A DNA stretch of 64,000 nt, taken from assembly GCA_002441095.1 (NCBI GenBank), contig DJVG01000032.1:59-64058 (forward strand), in the 5' to 3' direction. Under the pieces are notes generated by a model. It saw only the letters and a list, made by a program, of their open reading frames with translations. It made no database searches and had not been told where the DNA came from. A program made the translations under genes and the position numbers. The stretch comes from Elusimicrobia bacterium UBA6262. GTDB taxonomy: Bacteria > CAYTYR01 > UBA6262. Shown piece by piece: positions 1-9,645 of the stretch (position 1 is its first letter; every line of letters starts with the position of its first letter).

Positions 1-1147
1 GGTTTTGCACTGGTTTAGCTAATTCAAAACTTCCTTTTTTGATCCAATCTTTTAATGCAGCCGCTATCTCCCTGGCCATTGAATAACTGGATATCGGGGA
101 AGCAGGGACCTTTTTGCCCTGGCATTCTATTTCCCCGCTGAACAGCTGGGCATAATTAACCTCCCCCAGGCTGCCGGCAATATTATTGGGATAATTTTTT
201 CCATAATCCACGATCTGGCACCAGATATCCTGGTTCCGGACCGCGGTATACTGGCAAATCTCTTCATTCAAAATCGGGATAGGCACGCCAATACCGACGG
301 TCAAAGTAGAACCATATCCCAGGAAAGAAGATCCCCTCAGGTATTTTGGATCCATCTGTTTGAGATCACCTATTACCGAAAGAGTGCCGGCTCCAGCTTG
401 CGGCACAGCATTTTCTTTGCGCTTAACCGCCGGATTATGCTGGGTACCGTTCCAGGCTACATAGCCAATGCCGCCCCCCAGGAAAATCCTGGTGCCAATC
501 CCGATAGTTTTATATAGCGGATCATTCAATAGCGGCGACAACTGCGCCGCACTGCAAAAATTGGCATTGCCGAGATTTGCCTGCAGGACGCCCATATACG
601 TATAAATGATCTTATCAGTCAAGTTCACGGCACAATTATAATTCTGGTAGGCATTGCGCGGGCTGAAGAGAATAGCTTCATTGATATCCTGGATATTAAC
701 CAGGGTCTCCAGCTTTTTCCGCGGGTAGCAGTCAGTGCCATAGGCCGTAGCGCTTAAGACCAGGTCTTTACCAGCAACCAGTTCTTCGATAACATGACCA
801 CCGCCATAGTTAAATTCACCGGGATATACTTTGTTGCGCGGATCATCATCAGGTATAGCCGTAGCGCCAATATACACATCCACTGCCGCTAACCCTGTAT
901 ATACCGGAACGCTATTTAAATACGCATGGCCGCCGCCAAGCTTAATGCGTGGAGTGGAATGTCCGACATTAAGGAAAGCCCCACTCGAACACATCGGCCC
1001 AAAGGTTCCGGTAGTGACCACATCCACTTCATGGGCAGCTTTTTTTAAACCCTTTTCCGCGACAATATCAATTATTTCTTCAGCCGTCACTACTACTGCC
1101 TGTCCTTTTTTGATCTTTTCATTTATTTCTTCATAAGTCTTAGCCAT
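1..1147 (-). CDS. DUF39/COG1900-like enzyme (methanogen-type homocysteine biosynthesis, sulfur-incorporation family), 3' end truncated by window edge
   Basis: Minus-strand ORF starting at ATG 1147 (MAKTYEEINEKIKKGQAVVVTAEEIIDIVAEKG...) and open to position 1. N-terminal motif recalled as typical of COG1900/DUF39. Confidence 0.5.
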   Translation of the reverse strand, partial: MAKTYEEINEKIKKGQAVVVTAEEIIDIVAEKGLKKAAHEVDVVTTGTFGPMCSSGAFLNVGHSTPRIKLGGGHAYLNSVPVYTGLAAVDVYIGATAIPDDDPRNKVYPGEFNYGGGHVIEELVAGKDLVLSATAYGTDCYPRKKLETLVNIQDINEAILFSPRNAYQNYNCAVNLTDKIIYTYMGVLQANLGNANFCSAAQLSPLLNDPLYKTIGIGTRIFLGGGIGYVAWNGTQHNPAVKRKENAVPQAGAGTLSVIGDLKQMDPKYLRGSSFLGYGSTLTVGIGVPIPILNEEICQYTAVRNQDIWCQIVDYGKNYPNNIAGSLGEVNYAQLFSGEIECQGKKVPASPISSYSMAREIAAALKDWIKKGSFELAKPVQN

Positions 1148-1264
1148 ACCCCTGACTCCTTCCAACCAAGTAATATTATATAATCTCTATCTAATAAGTA
1201 GACAATACCATAAATAATTAACCCTGTCAAGCTGAATATAGCATTAACAGGGTTATGAAAATTG

Positions 1265-1690
1265 CTATTTCGTGCAGTGCTCATCACATATATCATCTGG
1301 ATTGACTGGTGATGGCTTGCCTATTTTTTTATAATAATCATCAATAGCTGATTTAAGCGCTTGTTCCGCCAGGACCGAACAATGCATCTTGACCGGAGGA
1401 AGTCCGCCCAAAGCTTCGGCTACTGCCTTATTAGAGATGATTAGTGCTTCGGAAATAGTCTTACCCTTTACCATATCCGTGACCATAGAGCTGGTGGCAA
1501 TGGCTGCCCCGCAGCCAAAGGTCTTGAATTTGGCATCAGTGATAATATCATTCTTTACCTTAATATACAGCTCCATAATATCCCCGCAAACAGGATTACC
1601 CACATGGCCGATGCCATCCGGATTTTCCATCTCGCCCACATTGTGCGGGTTACGGAAATGCTCCATTACTTTTTCGCTATACTGGCTCAT
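1265..1690 (-). CDS. iscU: Fe-S cluster assembly scaffold protein IscU/NifU-like
   Basis: MSQYSEKVMEHFRNPHNVGEMENPDG..GNPVCGDIMELYIKV..GCGAAIA..MHCS. Start taken at the internal ATG because the upstream N-terminal extension looks spurious. Confidence 0.85.
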   Translation of the reverse strand: MSQYSEKVMEHFRNPHNVGEMENPDGIGHVGNPVCGDIMELYIKVKNDIITDAKFKTFGCGAAIATSSMVTDMVKGKTISEALIISNKAVAEALGGLPPVKMHCSVLAEQALKSAIDDYYKKIGKPSPVNPDDICDEHCTK

Positions 1691-2790
1691 TTTTTTCCCT
1701 CTGTTTTTTCCAAGGGCACAGTGAAATAGAACGTGCTTCCTTTGCCTACCACGCTTTCTACCCACACCTTACCCTGATAATTTTCGATAATCCTTTTGAC
1801 CAGGGTTAAGCCCAAACCCAGAGATCCGCTTTTGAATTCAAAAGTACCGGATGAATGCTGGTCATCAGATTTCACTTCATAAAAGCTCTCAAAAATATTT
1901 TCAAACTCATTTTCCGGGATACCGATGCCAGTGTCAGCGATCTCCGCCTGGATCTTATCCGGGAATGTCTTGGTCCTGATCGTGATCTTGCCTTCATCTT
2001 GCGTGAATTTTATCGCGTTCATGACCAGGTTAGTCAATACCTGGTTCATTTCCCGCTTATTCATCTTGGCCAAGGGTAATTTCTGGTCAAGCTCCAGGAC
2101 CAGGAACTGCTTGCGCTTCTGCGCAAATATCTCCAGGTCGCTATAAACTTCTTTGATCAAGTCATTTAAATTGGTTTGGTCTCTTTTTTCCAGTTTATCT
2201 TTTTGCTCGGTTTTAACCATATCCAGGACATTATCAATAGTTTGCAGGTAACGATTGATAATTTCCTTGGCTTTGCCGCATTTTAATTTAAATTCTTCAT
2301 CCTTTCCCTTAAACATGCCCAGCTCAAAGAGGCTGATATACCCGTTAAGCACAGTGAGCGGGGTACGGAATTCATGGGAAGCTATGGAGATGAACTTAGA
2401 CTTCATTTGTTCTTTTTTCAGCAGGTCCTGGTGGGCTTTTTCCAACGCTACTTTGCCCCTGTTTTCAAACTGGACCAGTATATTGACTGTTAATCCAACG
2501 ATAATATAGAGAATAATTTCTAAAGTATTATCTAACATCCAGCTGCTACCCAATTGCGGGGGCGGGGGCCAGATCCTTAACATGTAAAAAAAACTGCTGA
2601 TCAAAGCTGCCGCAGCCACTCCGACCGGCCCGAGCTTAAAGGCGGCAAAAATGATCGGGATAAAATATAATTTACGGAAAACATTATGTAAAAAAACATT
2701 GTCAACAGGACTGAAATAGTGGCCCAGCGTAATAACCGCTATAAAGGCACATAAAATAAAAAAATCAGTCGTTACTTTTTTGTTTTTCAT
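1687..2790 (-). CDS. Membrane sensor histidine kinase (HisKA + HATPase_c), orphan
   Basis: Hydrophobic N-terminal helices; H-box SHEFRTPLTVLNGYISL; C-terminal G-boxes GIGIPENEFENIFESFY...GLGLTLVKRII. Confidence 0.8.
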   Translation of the reverse strand: MKNKKVTTDFFILCAFIAVITLGHYFSPVDNVFLHNVFRKLYFIPIIFAAFKLGPVGVAAAALISSFFYMLRIWPPPPQLGSSWMLDNTLEIILYIIVGLTVNILVQFENRGKVALEKAHQDLLKKEQMKSKFISIASHEFRTPLTVLNGYISLFELGMFKGKDEEFKLKCGKAKEIINRYLQTIDNVLDMVKTEQKDKLEKRDQTNLNDLIKEVYSDLEIFAQKRKQFLVLELDQKLPLAKMNKREMNQVLTNLVMNAIKFTQDEGKITIRTKTFPDKIQAEIADTGIGIPENEFENIFESFYEVKSDDQHSSGTFEFKSGSLGLGLTLVKRIIENYQGKVWVESVVGKGSTFYFTVPLEKTEGKK

Positions 2791-3571
2791 CGATCACCTC
2801 GGTTAGTCGGGCGAATTCAGCGATGCTGAGGGTTTCAGCGCGCCGGCCGGATTCTATCCCTGCTTCTTTCAGTCCTTGTTCAAGCAGAACCGCGTCCAGG
2901 CCATAGTTGTGTTTCAAGCTATTAAGAATAGTCTTACGCCTCTGGGCAAAGGCAGCCTTGACTACTTTCTTAAACATGGGAACATTGGATAATTTTTCCC
3001 GCGGCTGCGGTAAAAAATCTATTTTGATCACGGCAGAATCAACTTTAGGAACAGGACTAAAACAATTAGCCGGGACTAAGCGTATGACCTGAACTTTAGC
3101 GTAAAATTGCAGCATGATCGAAATAACGCCATATTCCTTGCCGCCGGGGACAGCCGCCAGACGCTGGGCAACTTCTTTCTGCACCATAATAATCGCCTGG
3201 TTAAACTGCGGATTGGCCAGGTGCCAATCCAGTAATTGGAAAATTATCGGTGAGGTAATATAATAAGGGACATTAGCCGTAACCTTAAACGGGCCAGTCA
3301 TCAATTCAGCCGGCAGTTGATAATTCATAATATCTTGCTGCATGATCACCACGTTTGGATATGGCTTTAAACTTACCTGTAATTCCTGAACTAAGCGCGG
3401 ATCGATCTCTACGGCTATTAATTGTCCCACCAACGGGGCAATAAGCTTAGTTAACATCCCGCGGCCAGGCCCGATCTCTATTACCCGGTCATTTTTTGTC
3501 AAAGATGCTGCTGTTATTATATCTAAAGCTACTTTCTTGTCATTAAGGAATACTTGGCCCCATTTTTTCAC
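2765..3571 (-). CDS. rsmA: 16S rRNA (adenine1518/1519-N6)-dimethyltransferase
   Basis: GQVFLND...VIEIGPGRGMLT...AVEIDPRLV: KsgA family motifs. Confidence 0.85.
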   Translation of the reverse strand: MKKWGQVFLNDKKVALDIITAASLTKNDRVIEIGPGRGMLTKLIAPLVGQLIAVEIDPRLVQELQVSLKPYPNVVIMQQDIMNYQLPAELMTGPFKVTANVPYYITSPIIFQLLDWHLANPQFNQAIIMVQKEVAQRLAAVPGGKEYGVISIMLQFYAKVQVIRLVPANCFSPVPKVDSAVIKIDFLPQPREKLSNVPMFKKVVKAAFAQRRKTILNSLKHNYGLDAVLLEQGLKEAGIESGRRAETLSIAEFARLTEVIDEKQKSND

Positions 3572-4575
3572 TTAGCACCAAAACGGCAGGCTTTAGCCGC
3601 TACTTTTAAGGCCTCCAGCATACTGCCTGAATCAGCAACCCATTTTCCGGCCAGGTCAAAAGCTGTGCCATGGCAAGGCGAGGTACGCACGAAAGGCAAA
3701 CCAAGGGTCATATTCACACCTCTCTTATAAGCCAGTAACTTGATCGGGATCATCCCCTGATCGTGATACATGGCAATAGCTAAGTCATATCTTCCGCCAG
3801 CGGCATAATAAAAAGCCGAATCGCTGGAGATCGGCCCGTCTACATGATAGCCTTTCTTTTTCGCCTGGTTCACAGCCGGGATAAGAATATCTTGTTCTTC
3901 ATTGCCGAGGATACCGCTTTCACCGATATGCGGATTTAAGCCGCAGACCACGATCCGGGGAGAATCAATACCAAAAAACTTCAAGCCTTTATCTCCCAGC
4001 TCTATCGCCTCCATTATCTTTTCCGCAGTAATATTCTTACTGACGTCTTTTAAGGCCATATGTCTGGTTAATAAAATTACTTTTAGCGTGCCTCCGGTCA
4101 AGAGCATAACATATTTACTGGTATTGGTCAATTCAGCCAGGAGTTCGGTGTGCCCGTTATACTTGAACCCGGACAGGTGCATGGCTTCTTTGCTGATGGG
4201 AGCGGTTACTATCCCTTTGATCTCTCCGGCCAAAGCCAAGCGGACAGCTTCTTTAATATACTCAACCGCCGCTTGCCCGCACATTTTCTGGACTTGCCCG
4301 ATCTTCAGCTCATCCATATTGATCGTATCAATATTAATAATATTAATACGACCGAATTCAAAGACCGCTTCACTGGGTTTGCTGATCGCCTTCACTGAAA
4401 AACTTTTCACCGGGAAGCGCTTGGAATCCTGAAAAATCTTAATATCCCCGATCAAAATGGGCCGGCAAAGATGATAGATCTCCGGCTCCAGGCAGGCTTT
4501 GGCGATAATTTCTGGGCCAATACCGGCGACATCACCAATAGTGATCCCTAAAACTGGTTTTTCCTGTTCAGTCAT
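3568..4575 (-). CDS. pdxA: 4-hydroxythreonine-4-phosphate dehydrogenase
   Basis: LGITIGDVAGIGPEII...HTELLAE...DLAIAMYHDQG: PdxA family. Start overlaps the rsmA stop by 4 bp. Confidence 0.85.
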   Translation of the reverse strand: MTEQEKPVLGITIGDVAGIGPEIIAKACLEPEIYHLCRPILIGDIKIFQDSKRFPVKSFSVKAISKPSEAVFEFGRINIINIDTINMDELKIGQVQKMCGQAAVEYIKEAVRLALAGEIKGIVTAPISKEAMHLSGFKYNGHTELLAELTNTSKYVMLLTGGTLKVILLTRHMALKDVSKNITAEKIMEAIELGDKGLKFFGIDSPRIVVCGLNPHIGESGILGNEEQDILIPAVNQAKKKGYHVDGPISSDSAFYYAAGGRYDLAIAMYHDQGMIPIKLLAYKRGVNMTLGLPFVRTSPCHGTAFDLAGKWVADSGSMLEALKVAAKACRFGAK

Positions 4576-4597
4576 ATCATTTTATCCAATTCATGAT

Positions 4598-5626
4598 TTA
4601 TTCCAATTCATGAGTTTCTATTTTTGATTTGCCCTTTAAATCTTTGAGCCATCCCTCAAATTGCTTTTCCATGGACTGTTGGTAGAGCATGTTCTGGACA
4701 TACTCTTTTATTTTTACATTTTTACCCTGGCCAACCGGCACTTCATCTTCCAATGCCAGCTGTTTGGCTGGTTTTGTTTCTTCTACTTTGATCAAATGAT
4801 AGCCGAAAGAAGTTTTTACCACATCGCTTACCTGTCCCGGTTTCAGGGCAAAAGCGGCTTTGCTGAATTCAGGGACCATGGTCTCCTTGGTGAAAAAACC
4901 CAGGTCTCCGCCATTTTCCTTGGAGCCTGGATCTTCTGAATATTCCTTAGCTAAAGCCGAGAAATCTCCACCTTTTTTGATCTTAGCTTGGACTTCCTGG
5001 ATTTTTTTCAAGGCTGCGGACTGGGTTTTCAGGTCAGCTTTTTCTTCTACCCGGACCAGGATATGGCGTGCCCGTACCTGCTCATCCTGTTTTAGCTCTT
5101 TTTTATGCTCATCATAATATTTCTGGACTTCAGCCTCAGTAGGCAAAACAGCCTTGCTTTTGATCTCCTTATCGATCAGCTTCATGACCATCAATTGTTC
5201 CTTAATATCATTCTCAAATACTTTTTCTGTATACCCCTGGCGCTTCAGTTCATCTTTATACTCCTGGTAATTATTGTTAGGGTTGAACCGTTTTTTAACC
5301 TCATCAACGCCTTTTTGGATATCCTGCTTAGTCACGATAATGTTTTGCTTCTTGGCTTCCTGCCGCAGGAGCTTTTCTTCGACCATTTGGTTCAGCATCT
5401 CTTTTTTCATTTCCTTAAGTTTTTCCTCGGCATCGGCCCCTTTGTAGGCCTGGCGGTATTGCTCGATCATCGGTCCGGTCTTTTTATTGAAATCTTCCAG
5501 GGTGATAATCTCATTATTCACTACCGCTACGGTCTTATTCACTACTTTAGCCAGCACCATACTGGTGCCTAGTAAACTAAACAGGGTGATCAATCCAACT
5601 ACTTTTGCCAATCTGACTCTCATCAT
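4598..5626 (-). CDS. SurA-like periplasmic peptidyl-prolyl cis-trans isomerase (single PpiC/parvulin domain) with signal peptide
   Basis: Signal peptide; parvulin motif ARHILV...FGYHLIKVEE. Sits in the conserved surA-pdxA-rsmA position. Confidence 0.7.
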   Translation of the reverse strand: MMRVRLAKVVGLITLFSLLGTSMVLAKVVNKTVAVVNNEIITLEDFNKKTGPMIEQYRQAYKGADAEEKLKEMKKEMLNQMVEEKLLRQEAKKQNIIVTKQDIQKGVDEVKKRFNPNNNYQEYKDELKRQGYTEKVFENDIKEQLMVMKLIDKEIKSKAVLPTEAEVQKYYDEHKKELKQDEQVRARHILVRVEEKADLKTQSAALKKIQEVQAKIKKGGDFSALAKEYSEDPGSKENGGDLGFFTKETMVPEFSKAAFALKPGQVSDVVKTSFGYHLIKVEETKPAKQLALEDEVPVGQGKNVKIKEYVQNMLYQQSMEKQFEGWLKDLKGKSKIETHELE

Positions 5627-6504
5627 TATTTTGCTCCTTCACTAATGCCGGCAGAAGGACCTCCGGCAATGTTAATTTCTTTCAATTTTTCATCATTGAT
5701 CTTGACATGCCATTTTTTCTTCAAGCTTTCCAGCCACTGGTCAAATTTATTTTTTTCCACTATCCGTTCTATATCGGCTTTGGCTTCCTCAAAGCTCTTT
5801 TCCCCGGCAGTTTTCTTATCAATCAGCTTGATCAGATGATAACCGAACGCGGTTTTAACCGGTCCGCTAAGCTGTCCCGGAGTAGTTAAAGCAAAGGCGG
5901 CTTTTTCAAATTCCGGTACCATTTCGCCTTTACTGAAATATCCCATTTCCCCGCCGGCTTTGCCGGAATTGGTATCCAGGGAAACTTCCCTGGCCAACTG
6001 GCTAAAATCAGTGCCTTTTTTCAACTGCGCCAATACCAGTTCCGCCTGGGCCTGCTCCTTTACCAGGATATGCGCTACTTTTACCCGCTCCAGGGCTGTA
6101 AACTCACTTTTATGCTGGTCATAATAGTTCTTGGCTTCAGCTTCACTGGGTTTCAGCTGGGATTCCCTGACATTTTTGATCATTTCTTCCAGCAGGATCT
6201 GGTCAACGATCATACTGATCCTGGCTTGGATAGCTTTTTCCTTATCCAGGTTCCGCTCTTTGGCCTCTTGCACTATCAATTGCTCTTTAACCAGCGCGTC
6301 CAGCATAGTTTTTTTATCTTCATCGGTCCGGACCATAGCCTGATACTGCGGTGACAACTGCTTTAACCGCTCGGTAAAATCACTGCTGGTTATAACTTTA
6401 GAGCCAATATTAGCTAAAACTGTTTGTTGGCGTGAACAACCGGCCAGTGCCAGGATAAGCAAAGCTATAGTGACCAGGATTAATTTCTTATTGCCATTCA
6501 TCAA
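5626..6504 (-). CDS. PpiC-type peptidyl-prolyl isomerase lipoprotein (PrsA-like)
   Basis: Lipobox LALAGCS; parvulin motif AHILVK...FGYHLIKLID. Confidence 0.7.
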   Translation of the reverse strand: MMNGNKKLILVTIALLILALAGCSRQQTVLANIGSKVITSSDFTERLKQLSPQYQAMVRTDEDKKTMLDALVKEQLIVQEAKERNLDKEKAIQARISMIVDQILLEEMIKNVRESQLKPSEAEAKNYYDQHKSEFTALERVKVAHILVKEQAQAELVLAQLKKGTDFSQLAREVSLDTNSGKAGGEMGYFSKGEMVPEFEKAAFALTTPGQLSGPVKTAFGYHLIKLIDKKTAGEKSFEEAKADIERIVEKNKFDQWLESLKKKWHVKINDEKLKEINIAGGPSAGISEGAK

Positions 6505-6549
6505 TACCCCCTGTTTTCCATGTAATTAAATTTTATTTATATCATATTT

Positions 6550-9500
6550 TCAGAGTCTCTGCAAGATATTTCTCAAAATTACCCGAGATCCCTTTTTTAC
6601 CACTAAAGCAAAAGGCGGACCGGCCTGGAAACGCACTGACCCGGGAAACTGGCTGGCCAGTTGCACTAAGGCGGTGCCCTTTACCTTGGTTTGGGGATGG
6701 AAAAGGAACTCCCAATGATCCTCCTGCTCGCTAATTTCTTCGATCAGTAATCCCTGGCACAAGACACGTAATTCGATGATCTCGATCAGGTTCAGCGCTT
6801 CCAGGGGTAAGGGACCGTAGCGATCCTTGATCTCGCTGTGAATTTCCTGCAGTTCGTCCAAAGTATTAACTTGTGAAAGTTTCTTATATATCTCCATGCG
6901 GGGTAATTCATCACTAATATAGGGCGCTGGCAAATAAGCTTTTATCCGCAAATTGATACTGGGAGTAATAGTAATCTCTTTTTCCTGGCCTTTCAGGCGC
7001 TGGATATTCTCCTGCAGAAGTTTGCAATACAGGTCAAATCCTACTTTGGAAATATAGCCGCTTTGCTCTTTGCCCAACAGGTTACCGGCACCGCGCAATT
7101 CCAAGTCCCGCATGGCTATTTTAAATCCAGAACCAAGCTGGGTAAATTCCTGGATCGCTTTCAGCCGGGCTGCCGCATCCTGGGTAAAAACAAAATCCCG
7201 GGGATAGAAGAAATAACTATAAGCCCGGCGGCTGGACCGGCCTACCCGGCCCCGTAACTGGTACAAGTCGGCCAGGCCGAATCTCGTAGCATCATCCACG
7301 ATCAGGGTATTGACATTAGGCATATCCAATCCTGATTCTATAATGGTAGTAGCGATGATCACTTCAAATTTCCTGGCCATAAAATCAAGCATGATCTTTT
7401 CCAAGGCGCGGGAATTCATCTGGCCGTGTGCTACTTTGAACTTGGCTTCCGGCACCAGTTCTGCCAGTTTTTTGGCGCACCGGTCAATGGTCAGGACCCG
7501 GTTATGCACATAAAACACCTGCCCGGAACGGGAGATCTCATGGAGAATAGCCTGGCGCAGGACTTCATCATTATGTTCCATCACATAGGTGGATACCGGT
7601 AGGCGTCCTTCCGGTGGATTATTGATCAGGCTGACATCACGGATACCGCTTAAAGACATCTCCAGGGTCCGGGGAATAGGAGTCGCGGTCAGGGTTAAAA
7701 CATGGACATTCCGGCAGATCTGTTTTATCCTTTCCTTATGGCTTACCCCAAACCGCTGTTCTTCATCCACCACCAGGAGCCCCAAATCCTTGAACTTAAT
7801 ATCTTTTTGCAGCAGGCGATGAGTACCAATAATAATATCCACCAGTCCCTTCCTCAGGTCCTTGATCACCTGATCATGTTCAGCTTTGCCGCGAAACCGG
7901 GAAAGCATTTCCACCCGCACCGGGTAATCGGCTAACCGTTCCCGGAAAGTGTTCAGGTGCTGCTCGGCCAAAATAGTGGTTGGGACCAGTACCGCTACCT
8001 GTTTATTATTGTTCACCGCCACAAAAGCCGCCCGCATAGCTACTTCTGTTTTACCGTAACCGACATCGCCGCAGACCAGCCGGTCCATAGGCTTGTTTCC
8101 GGACAGATCCTTTTTCACCGCCTGGATAGCTTGCCGCTGGTCCGGGGTTTCTTCATAAATGAAAGCCGCCTCAAATTCCTGCTGCCAGTGAGTATCAGTA
8201 TTAAAGGCTTTGCCCTCAATAACGGACCGCTCACTGTACAATCCCAATAGTTCCTTGGCCAGCTGCAGGGTCGATTCTTTGACTTGTTCCTTGACCCGTT
8301 GCCAGGTATTGCCACCCAAGCGGTACATTTTTAGCCGGGCCAGGCCGGGATGACTCCCGGCAGAAACATATTTTTGCACTAAATTCATTTGTTCTACCGG
8401 GACATAGAGGCGGTCGCCTGCGGCATACTTTAAAGACAAAAAATCTTCTTCTTTGTTCCCGATCACCAGGCGTTGGATACCCTCATAAACACCAACACCA
8501 TATGTCTCATGCACAATATAATCATGTTCTTTTAAATCAGTAAATGGATTTAAGGCCAGCGGCGCTGGTTTTTTGATTTTTGCCAAATACTTGCGTTCCA
8601 GGTACCGGCCGAATATTTCTTCATCGCTGACTACGGCCAATTTTAAGGCTGTGGATACAAAGCCACCGGAAATAACCCCGGTCTGCATCCGGCAAAAATC
8701 AGCATCAGAGTCCAGCAGCTCCTGCAGGCGTTGTTGTTGTCCGGCATTATCAGCGACCAGGGTGACGGCATAACCCCGGGTATGCCATTGCTTCAGTCTT
8801 TCCCTGAGCAGGGGTATAGAGCCATGATAATTTTCCATGGGCTGAAAATCAAACGCCAAGGTTTGCGGCGAACTAGTCAAGGTAAAAGATAATTCCTGCG
8901 TCAGGAGATCCGGCGGGAACCCTTCCAGGGGCCTTAATAATTCATTTTTTACCAGGATACACTCTGCTTTAAAGATCGACCAAAGCGGTGAGCTAGTCCT
9001 GTCCGAACGTAAGGGCAGGATGGCAATCTTTTCCAAAGTATTTACCGACCGCTGGGTAAAACTTTCAAATTGCCTTAGGCTTTCCAGCAAATCACCGTTA
9101 AACTCCAGCCGGACAGGATGTTCGGCCAGCGGGATAAATATATCCAGGATGCCACCGCGGACAGAAAACTCACCCGGCTTTTCCACAAAAGGAGCGCGTT
9201 GGTACCCGGCGGCAACTAAGTTAACAGTAAGTTTTTCCAGGTCAATAGTTTGCCCGGCACTTAAAGACTGGCGTAATTGCTCGTACTGGACTAAAGGGAT
9301 AACGGTCTGGGACAGCGCTTCACGGCTGGAGACACAAAAGAAACTGGCTCTACTCCGGATCGCCTCCAGTAATTGCAAATAGCCGTACTCATCATCCAGG
9401 AAAATATCCGCTTCTTCTGTGCCGGCAAAAATCAGCAGGTCCTCATAGAATTTCAGGCTGGCCTCTTCCTCCCCGATAATAAGCAAAGGACGGCTTAAGT

Positions 9501-9645
9501 GCCGCCCGAGAGACTGCGCGAAGAGAGCTTTGCTGGCCCCGGCTAAGCCGGCAACTTCAGGCTTCTGGTTGGCCTGTAAAGCCGCCAGAATAGCGGCCCA
9601 AGCCGGCTGGTCATTAAAAATAGTTGCGCTGGATAAATCTTTCAT
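6550..9645 (-). CDS. mfd: Transcription-repair coupling factor
   Basis: 1031 aa; DEAD/helicase motifs GDVGYGKTEVAMRAAF, DEEQRFGV, TATPIPRT; TRCF C-terminal domain. Confidence 0.9.
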   Translation of the reverse strand: MKDLSSATIFNDQPAWAAILAALQANQKPEVAGLAGASKALFAQSLGRHLSRPLLIIGEEEASLKFYEDLLIFAGTEEADIFLDDEYGYLQLLEAIRSRASFFCVSSREALSQTVIPLVQYEQLRQSLSAGQTIDLEKLTVNLVAAGYQRAPFVEKPGEFSVRGGILDIFIPLAEHPVRLEFNGDLLESLRQFESFTQRSVNTLEKIAILPLRSDRTSSPLWSIFKAECILVKNELLRPLEGFPPDLLTQELSFTLTSSPQTLAFDFQPMENYHGSIPLLRERLKQWHTRGYAVTLVADNAGQQQRLQELLDSDADFCRMQTGVISGGFVSTALKLAVVSDEEIFGRYLERKYLAKIKKPAPLALNPFTDLKEHDYIVHETYGVGVYEGIQRLVIGNKEEDFLSLKYAAGDRLYVPVEQMNLVQKYVSAGSHPGLARLKMYRLGGNTWQRVKEQVKESTLQLAKELLGLYSERSVIEGKAFNTDTHWQQEFEAAFIYEETPDQRQAIQAVKKDLSGNKPMDRLVCGDVGYGKTEVAMRAAFVAVNNNKQVAVLVPTTILAEQHLNTFRERLADYPVRVEMLSRFRGKAEHDQVIKDLRKGLVDIIIGTHRLLQKDIKFKDLGLLVVDEEQRFGVSHKERIKQICRNVHVLTLTATPIPRTLEMSLSGIRDVSLINNPPEGRLPVSTYVMEHNDEVLRQAILHEISRSGQVFYVHNRVLTIDRCAKKLAELVPEAKFKVAHGQMNSRALEKIMLDFMARKFEVIIATTIIESGLDMPNVNTLIVDDATRFGLADLYQLRGRVGRSSRRAYSYFFYPRDFVFTQDAAARLKAIQEFTQLGSGFKIAMRDLELRGAGNLLGKEQSGYISKVGFDLYCKLLQENIQRLKGQEKEITITPSINLRIKAYLPAPYISDELPRMEIYKKLSQVNTLDELQEIHSEIKDRYGPLPLEALNLIEIIELRVLCQGLLIEEISEQEDHWEFLFHPQTKVKGTALVQLASQFPGSVRFQAGPPFALVVKKGSRVILRNILQRL

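Noticed and set aside
831-1136. 101-aa plus-strand ORF at the window start
   Set aside because: Antisense to the well-supported DUF39-like minus-strand gene, and the translation is low-complexity.
1220-1254. Hairpin AACCCTGT...ACAGGGTT downstream of iscU as an intrinsic terminator
   Set aside because: The stem is only 8 bp with a 19-nt loop and a weak U-tract on the minus strand. It is too marginal to call as a feature.
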